A stretch of 32,000 bases of DNA, from contig NZ_CP010341.1 of the NCBI RefSeq assembly GCF_000940845.1, positions 2,280,001 to 2,312,000 of the forward strand. The letters run 5' to 3'. This stretch comes from Propionibacterium freudenreichii subsp. freudenreichii. GTDB lineage: Bacteria; Actinomycetota; Actinomycetes; Propionibacteriales; Propionibacteriaceae. Under the pieces are notes generated by a model. It was not told the DNA's origin and did no database searches. It was given only the letters and a program-made list of their open reading frames with translations. How positions within the stretch are numbered: the first letter of the stretch is position 1; the number at the start of each line of letters is the position of its first letter. The position numbers and the translations under genes were made by a program. Shown one piece after another: positions 1 to 9,017 of the stretch.

Positions 1-979
1 TGCCGACCGCGTGAATTTCTTCAGCTGGTGCCAGTGGGTGGCCGACTGGCAATACGGACGCGCCTGCACCGAGGGCGTCGATGTGATTGCTGACCTGGCA
101 GTGGGCTTCGATCGCGGCAGTGAGGATGCCTGGGCCTTCCATGGCCAGCTGTGCTTCGACTTCGAGATCGGTGCCCCACCCGACGAGCACAATCAGGACG
201 GCCAGCGCTGGGGACTTCCTCCGTTCAGCCCGCAGATGGAGGAACGCACCGACTTCGCCGCCTTCCGTGACATGGTGGCCCGCGGCCTGGCCCACACCCA
301 CGCGCTGCGCATCGACCACGTGATGCAGCTGTGGCGGCTGTTCTGGATTCCCCGCGACGCCGACCCCGCCGATGGTGCCTATGTGCACTATCCGGTGCAT
401 GCGCTGCTCGCGATCCTGCGCCTGGAGGCGATGCGCACCAACGCCTGGATCGTCGGTGAGGACATGGGTACGGTGGCTCCCGGAATGCGCGAGACGATGC
501 ACGGCATCGGCATGCTGTCGAACTGTTCGGCGGTGCGCACGCCCATCGCGGACTTCCCCGAGTTGGCGCTGGGGACGTCGTCCACGCACGACCAGGTGAC
601 GATCGCCGGGCTGCTCACCGGCGCCGATGCCGCCGAACTGCGACGCATCGGCAAGCGTTCCGACTGGGCGCAGATCGAGCGCAGCCGCCGCAAGCTGGCC
701 GAGATGGCCCATATTGACCCCGCCAAGCCGGCGCACCGCATCAGCAACGCCGACATCCATGCCGCCGTGGTGGCGCGCTACCGGTTGCTGGCCCAGTCGC
801 CCAGCCGCGTGGTGCTTGCCAGCCTCGACGACGCCGCCGCGGTGCGCGAGCGTCCCAATGTGCCCGGCACCATTGACGAATACCCCAACTGGCGTCTTGC
901 GCTGCCCGAACCCATCGACACCCTGTTGAACGCCCCCCTCGCCCGCGATGTGGTAGCGGTGATGCGCGAGACGCGATGA
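1..979 (+). CDS. malQ: 4-alpha-glucanotransferase (amylomaltase, GH77), C-terminal ~325 aa; 5' end lies left of the window
   Basis: The frame is open to the left edge. The translation carries GH77-type motifs HALRIDHVMQLWRLFWIP, WIVGEDMGTV and PGTIDEYPNWRLALP. Stop TGA at 977-979. Confidence 0.9.
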   Translation, partial: ADRVNFFSWCQWVADWQYGRACTEGVDVIADLAVGFDRGSEDAWAFHGQLCFDFEIGAPPDEHNQDGQRWGLPPFSPQMEERTDFAAFRDMVARGLAHTHALRIDHVMQLWRLFWIPRDADPADGAYVHYPVHALLAILRLEAMRTNAWIVGEDMGTVAPGMRETMHGIGMLSNCSAVRTPIADFPELALGTSSTHDQVTIAGLLTGADAAELRRIGKRSDWAQIERSRRKLAEMAHIDPAKPAHRISNADIHAAVVARYRLLAQSPSRVVLASLDDAAAVRERPNVPGTIDEYPNWRLALPEPIDTLLNAPLARDVVAVMRETR

Positions 980-993
980 GGGTTGGGGATAGG

Positions 994-1047
994 CCACTAA
1001 GTGGATGGTCTTGGCGATTAGACGCATCCAAACCATCCACTTAGTGG
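994..1047. repeat. Family-A palindromic repeat, copy A1
   Basis: The 16-bp arm CCACTAAGTGGATGGT (994-1009) is perfectly complementary to ACCATCCACTTAGTGG (1032-1047). The 22-nt spacer contains ATTAGACGCATC. It lies 15 bp after the malQ stop. Confidence 0.9.
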
Positions 1048-1111
1048 TCTGAATCATCCACAGGTCCACCGCCCTCCGACAATCCGAACGATCCGCAACC
1101 ACACTGGGGGC

Positions 1112-2031
1112 ATGAAGAAGCGCATCGAACCCGGCACCGACCTGCTCGTGCTTGCTGCCCGTCAGGGCGGTTGCCTCACGTGGACCCAGTGCGCAGCTCA
1201 CGGGCTCACTCGGTCCGCCATCAATCGCCTGTTGGCAGCCTCTTGGACGCGCACGGCGAGCGGCATCTACTGCATCCACCCACCGGATTAGCATGGACGG
1301 GGCTGCTCGCGGTTGGGCCCGGGGCAGTTGTCGGCTCCCACGCAGCGGCTTTCCTGGACGGGTTGATCGCGCAGACACCCCAAGACGTCGTCATATGGTC
1401 CCCTGTCCGGAGCTTTCGTAAAGCACCCCATTCTGTGACGTTCCGCCGAGGGAACCGCCGTGGGCACGGATCCCCACCGCGGACCTGGCCTGAGGAGAGC
1501 GCACTTGATGCGGCCAAGGACTGCGACGCAGATGGGTACGTCGCACTCATTGCCGCTGCGCTCAGCTCCGGACGGGTCAATTCGACGCAGCTACTGGACG
1601 CGGCCCGGGCGCGTTCGCGGCAAAGGCACCGTCAGCTGATCCTCGACATGTGCATGACATTGCCGGGCGTCGAAAGCGCGCTTGAAAGCCGCTACGTCCG
1701 CAACGTCGTCAGGGATCACGGGCTGCCCGAAGGCGAGCGTCAGGTGTGGTTGGGACGCACGCGGGTCGATTGCCTGATTCCCGAATACGGCCTCATCATC
1801 GAACTCGATGGCCGCGCCCACCATGAGCACCGACGCTTCCGTGACATGGGCCGCGATAATGCCAACCTCGTCGACCGCGGGCTCGTGACCCTGCGCTACG
1901 GCTGGCACGACGTGGCAACACGCCCTTGCAGCGTCGCCCGGCAGTTGGCATCGATCCTGCACCGAAGGGGGTGGGACGGCAGCCCCCGCCCCTGTAAGCG
2001 TTGTCGCCAGCCCGGGCCCCAGCTCCACTAA
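1112..2031 (+). pseudogene. Frameshifted DUF559 (Vsr-like endonuclease fold) protein with AbiEi/HTH-like N-terminus
   Basis: ATG 1112 opens 59 codons (MKKRIEPGTDLLVLAARQGGCLTWTQCAAHGLTRSAINRLL...GIYCIHPPD) ending at TAG 1289-1291. The family-typical continuation (GLAWTGLLAVGPGAVVGSHAAAFLDGL ... IIELDGRAHHEHRRFRDMGRDNANLVDRGLVTLRYGWHDV) runs in the -1 frame from about 1282 to TAA 2029-2031. The shift falls in the run ccacccacc at 1276-1284. A sequencing error cannot be excluded. Confidence 0.65.
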
Positions 2032-2077
2032 GTGGATGGTTACGGTCATTAGACGCATCAAAGCCATCCACTTAGTG
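2025..2077. repeat. Family-A palindromic repeat, copy A2
   Basis: CCACTAAGTGGATGGT (2025-2040) ... ATTAGACGCATC ... GCCATCCACTTAGTG (2063-2077), in the same orientation as A1. The stop codon of the DUF559 ORF (TAA 2029-2031) lies inside the repeat. Confidence 0.9.
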
Positions 2078-2101
2078 ACACTTCGACCCCCCGCACGCTA
2101 A

Positions 2102-2137
2102 AGGGCCCGACCCCCACCCCGGGGATCGGACCCTTTT
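2102..2137. terminator. Candidate bidirectional stem-loop between the DUF559 gene and the pntB 3' end
   Basis: AGGGCCCGACCCC (2102-2114) pairs with GGGGATCGGACCCT (2121-2134), with two C/A mismatches on the plus strand that become G-U pairs on the minus-strand RNA. It is followed by TTTT on plus and preceded by AAA. It sits ~100 bp downstream of the pntB stop. Confidence 0.45.
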
Positions 2138-2238
2138 GGCATTCTCAGTGATGGTGCCGCGAACGGCCCATCGTCATTGCAAGTGCTGCTTCAACCCAGC
2201 CGCGCGCGGCAGCTCAAGGCCGCACGACGGCCGGGCAC

Positions 2239-3651
2239 CTACTTGGCGTCGGCCGTGGCAGGTAGCGCGGCATTGATCGCGTCGACCGAGGCCTTCGCGT
2301 CGCCGAACAGCATCGAGGTGTTGTCCTTGAAGAACAGCGGGTTCTGCACGCCGGCATAGCCAGCGCTCATGCTGCGCTTGAACACCACAACCTGCTTGGC
2401 CTCCCACACGTGCAGCACGGGCATGCCCGAGATGGGCGAGCCGGGCTCCATGGCAGCGGGGTTCACGGTGTCATTGGCACCGATCACGAGCACCACGTCG
2501 GTGTCCTTGAAGTCGTCGTTGATCTCGTCCATTTCCATGACGATGTCGTAGGGCACATGGGCCTCTGCGAGCAGCACGTTCATGTGGCCGGGCAGGCGGC
2601 CGGCAACCGGGTGGATGCCGAAGCGCACCTCGGTGCCATTGGCCTGCAGCTTCTTGACGAGCTCGGCGACGGGGTACTGCGCCTGGGCGACGGCCATGCC
2701 GTAACCGGGGGTGATGATGACGCTCTCGGCGTCCTTCAGCATCTCGGCCACCTGCGCGGCGTCAACCTCATGGATGTCGCCCTGCGGGCCGGCGTCGGCG
2801 GTCGCGGTCTCCTGACCGAAGCCACCGAGGATCACCGACACGAAGTTGCGGTTCATGGCCTTGCACATGATGTACGACAGGATGGCGCCGGAAGCACCAA
2901 CCAGGGCACCCGTGACGATCAGCACCTCGAGGCCGAGGCTGAAGCCGCTGAACGCGGCAGCCCAACCGGAGTAGCTGTTCAGCATCGAGATGACCACCGG
3001 CATGTCGGCACCACCGATGGCGGCCACCAGGTGGAAGCCGAGGGCCAGCGAGAGCACCGTCAGCAGGATGAGCGGCAGCCAGCCGCCGCCGTTCGCGAAC
3101 CAGACGCCGAAGGCGATGATGGCGATGAGGCCACCCAGGTTGAGCCAGTTACGGCCCGGCAGGGTGAGCGGCGCCGACTTCATCTTGCCCGACAGCTTGC
3201 CCCAGGCGACGATCGATCCGGTGAAGGTGACAGCGCCGATGAACACGCCGATCCACATCTCATACATGTGGAAGGCGTCCGCATCGGGATGCTCGATGTA
3301 GGTGTTGATGCCGATCAGCACGGCGGCCAGGCCGACGAAGCTGTGCAGCTGGGCGACCAGCTCGGGCATGCCGGTCATTTCGACCTTGGCAGCCTTCCAC
3401 AGGCCGATGGCGGCACCGATGATCATGGCGACCACCAGCAGCACCCAGGCGATTGCCTTGGTGTCGCCGTTGATCATGGAGACGACGGCAGCGATCAGCG
3501 CCAGGGCCATGCCCAGGATGCCGAACGCATTACCGCGCTTGGACGACTCGTGCTTGGACAACCCGGCCAGGGCCAGGATGAAGAGGATGCCCGAGACGAT
3601 GAACGTCGAATTGATGAAGTTGTTGATGTAATCAGTTTCGAGGAGCACCAT
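2239..3651 (-). CDS. pntB: NAD(P) transhydrogenase subunit beta
   Basis: 470 aa with a multi-TM N-terminal part and a C-terminal NADP(H) domain. Motifs: [47 protein letters not shown]. Its start is 6 nt after the pntA stop. Confidence 0.95.
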   Translation of the reverse strand: MVLLETDYINNFINSTFIVSGILFILALAGLSKHESSKRGNAFGILGMALALIAAVVSMINGDTKAIAWVLLVVAMIIGAAIGLWKAAKVEMTGMPELVAQLHSFVGLAAVLIGINTYIEHPDADAFHMYEMWIGVFIGAVTFTGSIVAWGKLSGKMKSAPLTLPGRNWLNLGGLIAIIAFGVWFANGGGWLPLILLTVLSLALGFHLVAAIGGADMPVVISMLNSYSGWAAAFSGFSLGLEVLIVTGALVGASGAILSYIMCKAMNRNFVSVILGGFGQETATADAGPQGDIHEVDAAQVAEMLKDAESVIITPGYGMAVAQAQYPVAELVKKLQANGTEVRFGIHPVAGRLPGHMNVLLAEAHVPYDIVMEMDEINDDFKDTDVVLVIGANDTVNPAAMEPGSPISGMPVLHVWEAKQVVVFKRSMSAGYAGVQNPLFFKDNTSMLFGDAKASVDAINAALPATADAK

Positions 3652-3657
3652 CGCCGA

Positions 3658-5211
3658 TCAGTCCTTCCTGAACATGTTGAGCATGCGGCGGGTGACTGAG
3701 AATCCACCGAAGATGTTGATCGATGCGATGAGCACACCGAGGGCGGCGATGATCATGATCGCCGGATTGTCCTTCGGCAGCTGCAGCATGGCGCCCACGA
3801 TGATGATGCCCGAGATGGCGTTGGTCACACTCATCAGTGGCGTGTGCAGGGCATGCGAGACGTTCCAGACCACGTAGTAGCCCACGACGCCGGCCAGTGC
3901 GAACACGCTGAACAGCGTGACGAACGAGGTCGGTGCGATCGTCAGCAGCGCGATGAGCACCACTGCGGTGGCCCCCACGATGCCGAACAGGAAGTACCAG
4001 GGCTTCGGGGGCTTGGGCTTGGCGGGTTCGGCTGCCGGCTTGGCGGCGGCCGCGGGCGCCGGGGTCGGGGCTGCGGAGACCTGGATCGGCGGCGGCGGGA
4101 AGGTGATCTCGCCGTCCTTCGTCACGGTCATGTTGCGCAGCACTTCGTCGTCGAAGTCGTCGACGAACTTGCCATCCTTGTCGGGGGTGGCCAGCCGGAC
4201 GAGGTTCACCAGGTTGGTGCCGTACAGCTGCGATGCCTGGGTGGGCAGGCGGCTGGGCATGTCGGTGTAACCGATGATGGTCACGCCGTTGTCGGTGGTG
4301 TACTTCTCGCCGGGCTTGGTGAGCTCACAGTTGCCGCCGCCCAGCGCTGCCAGGTCGACGATCACGGAGCCGGACTTCATCGACTTCACCATGTCGGCGG
4401 TGATGAGCTTGGGGCTCGGCTTGCCGGGGATGGCCGCGGTGGTGATGATGACGTCGACCTTCTTGGCCTGCTCGGCGTACAGGTCAGCGGCGCGCTTGTT
4501 GTAGTCGTCGCTGGTCTCCTTGGCGTAGCCGTCGGAGCTGACGCCCTGCTCGGCCTCCTCGGGAGCCTTCACGTTGAGGAAGGTGGCGCCCATCGACTCC
4601 ACCTGCTCGGCGGTCTCGGGACGCACGTCGGTGGCGAACACCTCGGCGCCCATCGAGTTGGCGGCGCCCAGCGCCGCCAACCCGGCGACGCCGGTGCCGA
4701 TCACGAAGACCTTTGCCGGTGCCACCTTGCCTGCCGCGGTCACCTGGCCACCGAAGGTGCGTCCATAGGCGTAGGCCGCCTCGACCACAGCGCGGTAACC
4801 GGAGATGTTCGCAGTGGAGCTCAGTGCGTCCATCGACTGGGCACGGCTGATGCGGGGCACCATGTCCATGCTCATGCCGGTGACGCCGGCCTTCTGCAGG
4901 GCCTCGATGAGGCCGGGATTCTCTCGCGGATGGAGGAATGTGGCGAGCGTGGCGCCGCGGTGCATGGCACCCAGCTCCTCGACGCTCGGTTCGTTTACTG
5001 CCAGAACAATGTCACTGTCCCAGACGGTTTTCGAGTCGCCGAGCGATGCGCCCGCGGCCTCGTACTCCTCGTCCGGCAGTGAAGCCTGCTGGCCAGCACC
5101 GTGTTCAACCACCACCTCGTAACCCAGCTTGATCAGCTGGGGAACGGTCTTGGGGGTGGCAGCTACACGGCGTTCGCCGGGCAGGGACTCCCGTGGAATG
5201 CCAATTCTCAT
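3658..5211 (-). CDS. pntA: NAD(P) transhydrogenase subunit alpha (full-length, with C-terminal membrane segment)
   Basis: 517 aa. The N-terminus [33 protein letters not shown] is near-identical in pattern to enterobacterial PntA. Rossmann motif [17 protein letters not shown]; Pro/Ala-rich linker; 4 predicted TM helices at the C-terminus. Confidence 0.95.
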   Translation of the reverse strand: MRIGIPRESLPGERRVAATPKTVPQLIKLGYEVVVEHGAGQQASLPDEEYEAAGASLGDSKTVWDSDIVLAVNEPSVEELGAMHRGATLATFLHPRENPGLIEALQKAGVTGMSMDMVPRISRAQSMDALSSTANISGYRAVVEAAYAYGRTFGGQVTAAGKVAPAKVFVIGTGVAGLAALGAANSMGAEVFATDVRPETAEQVESMGATFLNVKAPEEAEQGVSSDGYAKETSDDYNKRAADLYAEQAKKVDVIITTAAIPGKPSPKLITADMVKSMKSGSVIVDLAALGGGNCELTKPGEKYTTDNGVTIIGYTDMPSRLPTQASQLYGTNLVNLVRLATPDKDGKFVDDFDDEVLRNMTVTKDGEITFPPPPIQVSAAPTPAPAAAAKPAAEPAKPKPPKPWYFLFGIVGATAVVLIALLTIAPTSFVTLFSVFALAGVVGYYVVWNVSHALHTPLMSVTNAISGIIIVGAMLQLPKDNPAIMIIAALGVLIASINIFGGFSVTRRMLNMFRKD

Positions 5212-5485
5212 AGGGCTGAGGTTACCTGTCCCGGCGCGCGGACTTCACATCGAGGGTCCTCATGGTCGGGAGGATTCCCACAAAGCCATCGCCATGGCAC
5301 GCGCACAGGCGTGTCACAGGGGTGGATGATCCCCCCTGGACGCCTCCGGGCGGGGCTCGTGGCGGTGATCGGAAGCCTTGGACGCGCCCGCGCAGGTTCG
5401 GGTCACGGCCGTGAAGGGGCTGGTCAGCAGCACTTTCGTGGCGACGCCGACTGGCTGCCCCGGAGGCTCCCCGGAAGAAATACGA

Positions 5486-5522
5486 AGGACCCTGTTGACT
5501 TCTGAAGGGTCCTGCGTATTGT
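5486..5522 (+). promoter_or_regulatory. Candidate sigma-A promoter with overlapping 8-bp inverted repeat (possible MarR operator)
   Basis: TTGACT (5495-5500), 16-nt spacer, TATTGT (5517-5522). AGGACCCT (5486-5493) and AGGGTCCT (5506-5513) are perfect reverse complements, 12 bp apart, straddling the -35 box. The site is 48 nt upstream of the MarR ATG, which is preceded by AGGAGGGAGG. Confidence 0.4.
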
Positions 5523-5569
5523 ATGTGAAGGAACCTTCGCAAAAGGCTTGGTTCAGGAGGGAGGACGCC

Positions 5570-6604
5570 ATGGCAGCCAGGAACACCGCAGGCAGCTGGA
5601 ACGGCGGGTCCGCAGGACGCGGCAACGCGGGGAACGGCGGCCACAACCGGCGCCACCGGGGTCGACCGCGCAACGACCACGGCGTCCCGAGGAATGCCTC
5701 CCGGAACCATCGTTCCGAAGGCTACGACCCCCGGGGCAACGACGTGCGGGGGAACGACTGGTGGAACGACGACCCCGACCGGTCCAATGCCTCGGCGCAG
5801 CCCTTTGGGACGGATCGTGCAGATCGTCCCGATTGGGCGGATCGTCCAGACAGGCCTGATCGGCCGGACCGTCCAGACAGGCCGGTTCGTCCGGATCGTC
5901 CAGACAGGCCAGATCGTCCAAATCGTCCAGACAGGCCAGATCGTCCCACCGGGTCGGACCTCTCCGGGCGCGCCGACCCCTCGCACGATTCCGACGACGG
6001 CGCATCCAGGGGGCAGTCGGGCAGCCAGCCCGATGTCGCCACGAATGTCACCGGCCGACTGGTCTACCTGTTCGCGCTGATGCGCCAGAGCGAGGCCCAG
6101 CTGCGTCGCGACCGCGGCGGACGCGGCGTGATGGAGGGCCAGGGTCGCGTGCTGCACATGCTGGCGCTGCACTCACCGATCGCCCAGAAGGAGCTGTCGT
6201 ACCTGCTGGGCATCAGGCCGCAGTCGCTGGGTGAGCTGCTGGGCAAGCTCGAGGAATCCGGCCAGATCGCCCGGCATCCCGACCCCGACGACCGACGCGC
6301 CCAGGTGGTGGAGATCACCGCCCGGGGACGCGCCGCCGACTCCGACCGCCCCGCCGCGCCCGGTGATCCCTTCGCCGTGCTCGACCCCGACCAACAGCGG
6401 GAGTTCGTCACCCTGCTCGACCAGGTGATCGACGGCCTGGAGGCATCGATCCCCGGCGGCATCGACCGCCACCTGCAGACGATGCGCCGGGTCTGGGTGG
6501 ACAACGACGGCTGGGATCCCGAGGCCGGACCCTCGTCCGGCCCCTACCAGGGACGCGGCCCGGGCTTCGGATGGCCGGGCGGACGAGGCCGCCGCCGGAA
6601 CTGA
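5570..6604 (+). CDS. MarR-family winged-helix regulator with ~165-aa disordered N-terminal extension and R/G-rich C-tail
   Basis: I chose ATG 5570 over the track start 5378 because of the strong SD (caggagggaggacgccATG). The wHTH core is GRVLHMLALHSPIAQKELSYLLGIRPQSLGELLGKLEESGQIARHPDPDDRRAQVVEITARGR. The N-terminus is rich in R/N/D/G/P and carries the DRP repeats. Confidence 0.8.
   Translation: MAARNTAGSWNGGSAGRGNAGNGGHNRRHRGRPRNDHGVPRNASRNHRSEGYDPRGNDVRGNDWWNDDPDRSNASAQPFGTDRADRPDWADRPDRPDRPDRPDRPVRPDRPDRPDRPNRPDRPDRPTGSDLSGRADPSHDSDDGASRGQSGSQPDVATNVTGRLVYLFALMRQSEAQLRRDRGGRGVMEGQGRVLHMLALHSPIAQKELSYLLGIRPQSLGELLGKLEESGQIARHPDPDDRRAQVVEITARGRAADSDRPAAPGDPFAVLDPDQQREFVTLLDQVIDGLEASIPGGIDRHLQTMRRVWVDNDGWDPEAGPSSGPYQGRGPGFGWPGGRGRRRN
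5813..5947 (+). repeat. In-frame 9-bp tandem repeat (15 units, encoding mostly Asp-Arg-Pro) inside the MarR gene
   Basis: Read in frame from 5813, the units are gat cgt (g/c)c(a/c), gac agg cc(n) and similar. Translation: DRADRPDWADRPDRPDRPDRPDRPVRPDRPDRPDRPNRPDRPDRP. An 18-bp super-unit gatcgtccagacaggccN recurs. Confidence 0.9.
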
Positions 6605-6821
6605 CCCACACAGCGCGACCAGCACCCGCTCCGGCCGCCCCATAGTCCACGACCGGATCACCCTTCGGTCGCCCGCGATGCCCCATCGAAGGGCCGCATG
6701 TCTCCCGCCGGGGAGCGTGCCCGCCCCAATGGCGTCCGCACCCCCTATCCCTCGAGCCTGAGCCCTCAGGCCCCTTCCCGGGGTTCCCCTGCCCCAAAAC
6801 ACCCAATTCCCAGGAGAAACC

Positions 6822-7877
6822 ATGACTGAAACACTCGCCGTCGAGGCGCACGGACTGGTCAAGCAGTTCGGCTCGAACCGCGCCGTCGACGGAGTCGACC
6901 TGGCCATCGACCAGGGCGCCATCTACGGCGTGCTCGGCCCCAACGGTGCCGGCAAGACCACCACCATCTCGATGCTCACCACACTGCTACGTCCCGACGC
7001 CGGCAGCGCCACGATCTTCGGCCACGACGTGGAACGCCAAGCCGGCATCGTGCGCCAGCTGATCGGCGTCACCGGCCAGTACGCGTCGGTGGACGAAACC
7101 CTCACCGCCACCGAGAACCTGATGATCTTCGGGCGGTTGTTGGGCCTGTCACGGCGCCAGGCCCGCACCAAGGCCACCGAACTGCTCGAACAATTCGGCC
7201 TCACCGACGCCGCCGCGCGTCCGCTCAAGAACTTCTCGGGAGGCATGCGCCGACGCCTCGACCTGGCATCGTCGCTCATCGCCCAGCCGCCGCTGATCTT
7301 CCTCGACGAACCCACCACCGGGCTCGACCCGCGCACCCGCGGGCAGATGTGGGACACCATCCGCTCGCTGGTGGCCGGCGGCTCTACCGTGCTGCTGACC
7401 ACCCAATACCTCGACGAGGCCGACCAACTGGCCAACCGCGTCGCCGTGATCGATCGTGGCCGGGTGGTGGCCGAGGACACCCCCGACGACCTCAAGCGCT
7501 CGGTGGGTTCGGCCTCGCTGATCATCACCCTGCGCGAGCCGGCCGACGCCGCCCCCACGACGGCGGTGATCGAGCGCGTGCTCGGGGTGGCCGCCTCGCG
7601 CAGCCCCGAATCGGGCCGCCTCACCATGCCGCTGACCGATCCCGACCATGTGACCGACCTGCTCAACGCGCTGCGCGCCGACAGCATCGGCCTGGTCGAG
7701 CTGAGCGTGCAGAAGCCGACCCTCGACGAGGTCTTCCTCACCCTGACCGGCCACGACACCCACAGCGCCAATCCCACCAATGGCGCTTCCGACAGCGCCG
7801 ATACCACCGAATCCCCACTCACCGACGCCTCCGCGACGTCCACCAACTCTTCCGCCCGGGAGGCGAATGCAGCATGA
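6822..7877 (+). CDS. ABC transporter ATP-binding subunit, DrrA/daunorubicin-resistance-like
   Basis: SD aggaga 7 nt upstream of the ATG. Walker A GPNGAGKTT, signature FSGGMRRRLDLA, Walker B LIFLDEPTTGLD. The C-terminal tail is S/T/A-rich. Confidence 0.9.
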   Translation: MTETLAVEAHGLVKQFGSNRAVDGVDLAIDQGAIYGVLGPNGAGKTTTISMLTTLLRPDAGSATIFGHDVERQAGIVRQLIGVTGQYASVDETLTATENLMIFGRLLGLSRRQARTKATELLEQFGLTDAAARPLKNFSGGMRRRLDLASSLIAQPPLIFLDEPTTGLDPRTRGQMWDTIRSLVAGGSTVLLTTQYLDEADQLANRVAVIDRGRVVAEDTPDDLKRSVGSASLIITLREPADAAPTTAVIERVLGVAASRSPESGRLTMPLTDPDHVTDLLNALRADSIGLVELSVQKPTLDEVFLTLTGHDTHSANPTNGASDSADTTESPLTDASATSTNSSAREANAA

Positions 7878-8704
7878 CCACACTTGTTGAGAACCCCACC
7901 GTCACCACGTCGCCGGTTGCCACCGGCCTGCACAACCGCGCAGACCTGGCCCAGACCGTGCGCAATTCACTGACCATGGCCTACCGCGGCCTGCTCAAGA
8001 TCCGGCACAACCCCGAACAGCTCGTGGACGTGCTGGTGCAGCCGATCCTGTTCACCCTGATGTTCGCCTATCTGTTCGGCGGCGCGATCGCCGGCAATGT
8101 GGCGTCGTACCTGCCCGCCCTGATCCCCGGGATCCTGGTGCAGACCGTGATCACCACCTCGATGGTCACCGGCACCCAGCTACGCGAGGACATGGACAAG
8201 GGAGTGTTCGATCGCTTCCGTTCCCTGCCGATCGCCCGCATCGCACCTCTGGCCGGCGCGCTGCTGGCCGACACCATCCGCTATGCCATCGCGACCACGC
8301 TCACCTTCGCGATGGGCTATCTTCTGGGCCTGCGCCCGGCCGGCGGACTGGGCCGCGTGGTGGTCGCCGGGCTGCTCGTGATGGCCTGCGCCTGGGCGAT
8401 CAGCTGGATCTTCGCGCTGCTCGGCGTCGTGGCCCGCACCGCGGCCAGCGTGCAGGGATTCGGCATGATCGTGCTGTTCCCGCTCACCTTCCTGTCCAAC
8501 GCCTATGTGCCGGTGGACACGCTGCCGGCCGCCCTGAAGTGGTTCGCCAACGTCAACCCGCTGTCGCACCTGATCACCGCGGTGCGCGAGCTCATCAACC
8601 AGTCGACGATCAGCGGCGAGTTCTGGCTGACGCTGCTCGGCGCCGCCGTCATCGTGGCGATCTTCGCGCCGCTCACCGTGCGGGCCTATATGCGCCGCGC
8701 CTGA
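7874..8704 (+). CDS. ABC-2 type transporter permease (DrrB-like)
   Basis: ATG 7874 overlaps the upstream stop (ATGA, 7874-7877), indicating translational coupling. 276 aa with six hydrophobic segments. The LKIRHNPEQLVDVLVQPILF start is typical of ABC-2 permeases. The longer track ORF from 7349 overlaps the ATPase gene and was rejected. Confidence 0.85.
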   Translation: MTTLVENPTVTTSPVATGLHNRADLAQTVRNSLTMAYRGLLKIRHNPEQLVDVLVQPILFTLMFAYLFGGAIAGNVASYLPALIPGILVQTVITTSMVTGTQLREDMDKGVFDRFRSLPIARIAPLAGALLADTIRYAIATTLTFAMGYLLGLRPAGGLGRVVVAGLLVMACAWAISWIFALLGVVARTAASVQGFGMIVLFPLTFLSNAYVPVDTLPAALKWFANVNPLSHLITAVRELINQSTISGEFWLTLLGAAVIVAIFAPLTVRAYMRRA

Positions 8705-8711
8705 GGACGCT

Positions 8712-8737
8712 GCGCCCGCCGGTCGATCGGCGGGCGC
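8712..8737 (+). terminator. Candidate stem-loop terminator after the ABC exporter operon
   Basis: GCGCCCGCCG (8712-8721), GTCGAT, then CGGCGGGCGC (8728-8737): a perfect 10-bp GC stem starting 8 nt after the stop. There is no U-tract. Confidence 0.45.
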
Positions 8738-8798
8738 CATCCCCTCCGGGGGCTATGAGCCCTCGACGGGGCCACTGGCGGAACCGGCCCGATCGGGC

Positions 8799-8850
8799 CT
8801 TAAGTGGCGGGTTTCGATGCGTCTAATCACCACAACCATCCACTGAGTGA
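8799..8850. repeat. Family-A palindromic repeat, copy A3 (inverted orientation, more diverged)
   Basis: CTTAAGTGGCGGGT...GATGCGTCTAAT...ACCATCCACTGAGTGA. The core GATGCGTCTAAT is the reverse complement of the ATTAGACGCATC core of A1 and A2. Confidence 0.8.
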
Positions 8851-8898
8851 CGAACCCGGCCAGACCGGACGCCACGAACATGCCATCCGGGCCAGGAC

Positions 8899-8968
8899 GC
8901 GTCCGGCAAGAAACCCCACTAACTGGACACCTGTGCGGCGTCATTCCCGCACAACTGCCCACTCAGTG
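8899..8968. repeat. Family-B palindromic repeat, copy B1 (long form)
   Basis: Left extension GCGTCCGGCAAGAAACCCC. Arm CACTAACTGGACACCTGTGCGG (8917-8938), loop CGTCATTC, arm CCGCACAACTGCCCACTCAGTG (8947-8968). Confidence 0.85.
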
Positions 8969-9017
8969 AGGGTTCGGGTTACTGCACCCGGCTTCGGCCA
9001 GCCCCTTGGCCCAATCC

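Noticed and set aside
1270-1292. Programmed -1 frameshift in the DUF559 gene.
   Set aside because: There is no slippery heptamer of the X XXY YYZ type and no obvious downstream stimulatory structure. A 1-nt indel in the ccacccacc run (pseudogene or sequencing error) is the simpler explanation.
2410-5082. Long plus-strand ORFs (2410-3699, 429 aa; 3844-5082, 412 aa) antisense to pntB and pntA.
   Set aside because: They are H/G/D/R/V-rich low-complexity translations, typical shadow ORFs of a high-GC gene on the opposite strand. They have no recognisable motifs, and the opposite strand carries unmistakable PntA/PntB sequence.
5378-5569. The track start (5378) for the MarR ORF, and the 7349 start for the ABC permease ORF.
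   Set aside because: The 5378 start would place the promoter-like TTGACT/TATTGT and the strong SD inside the coding region. The 7349 start overlaps the ATPase gene by 525 nt. Internal starts with SD or ATGA coupling are far more plausible.
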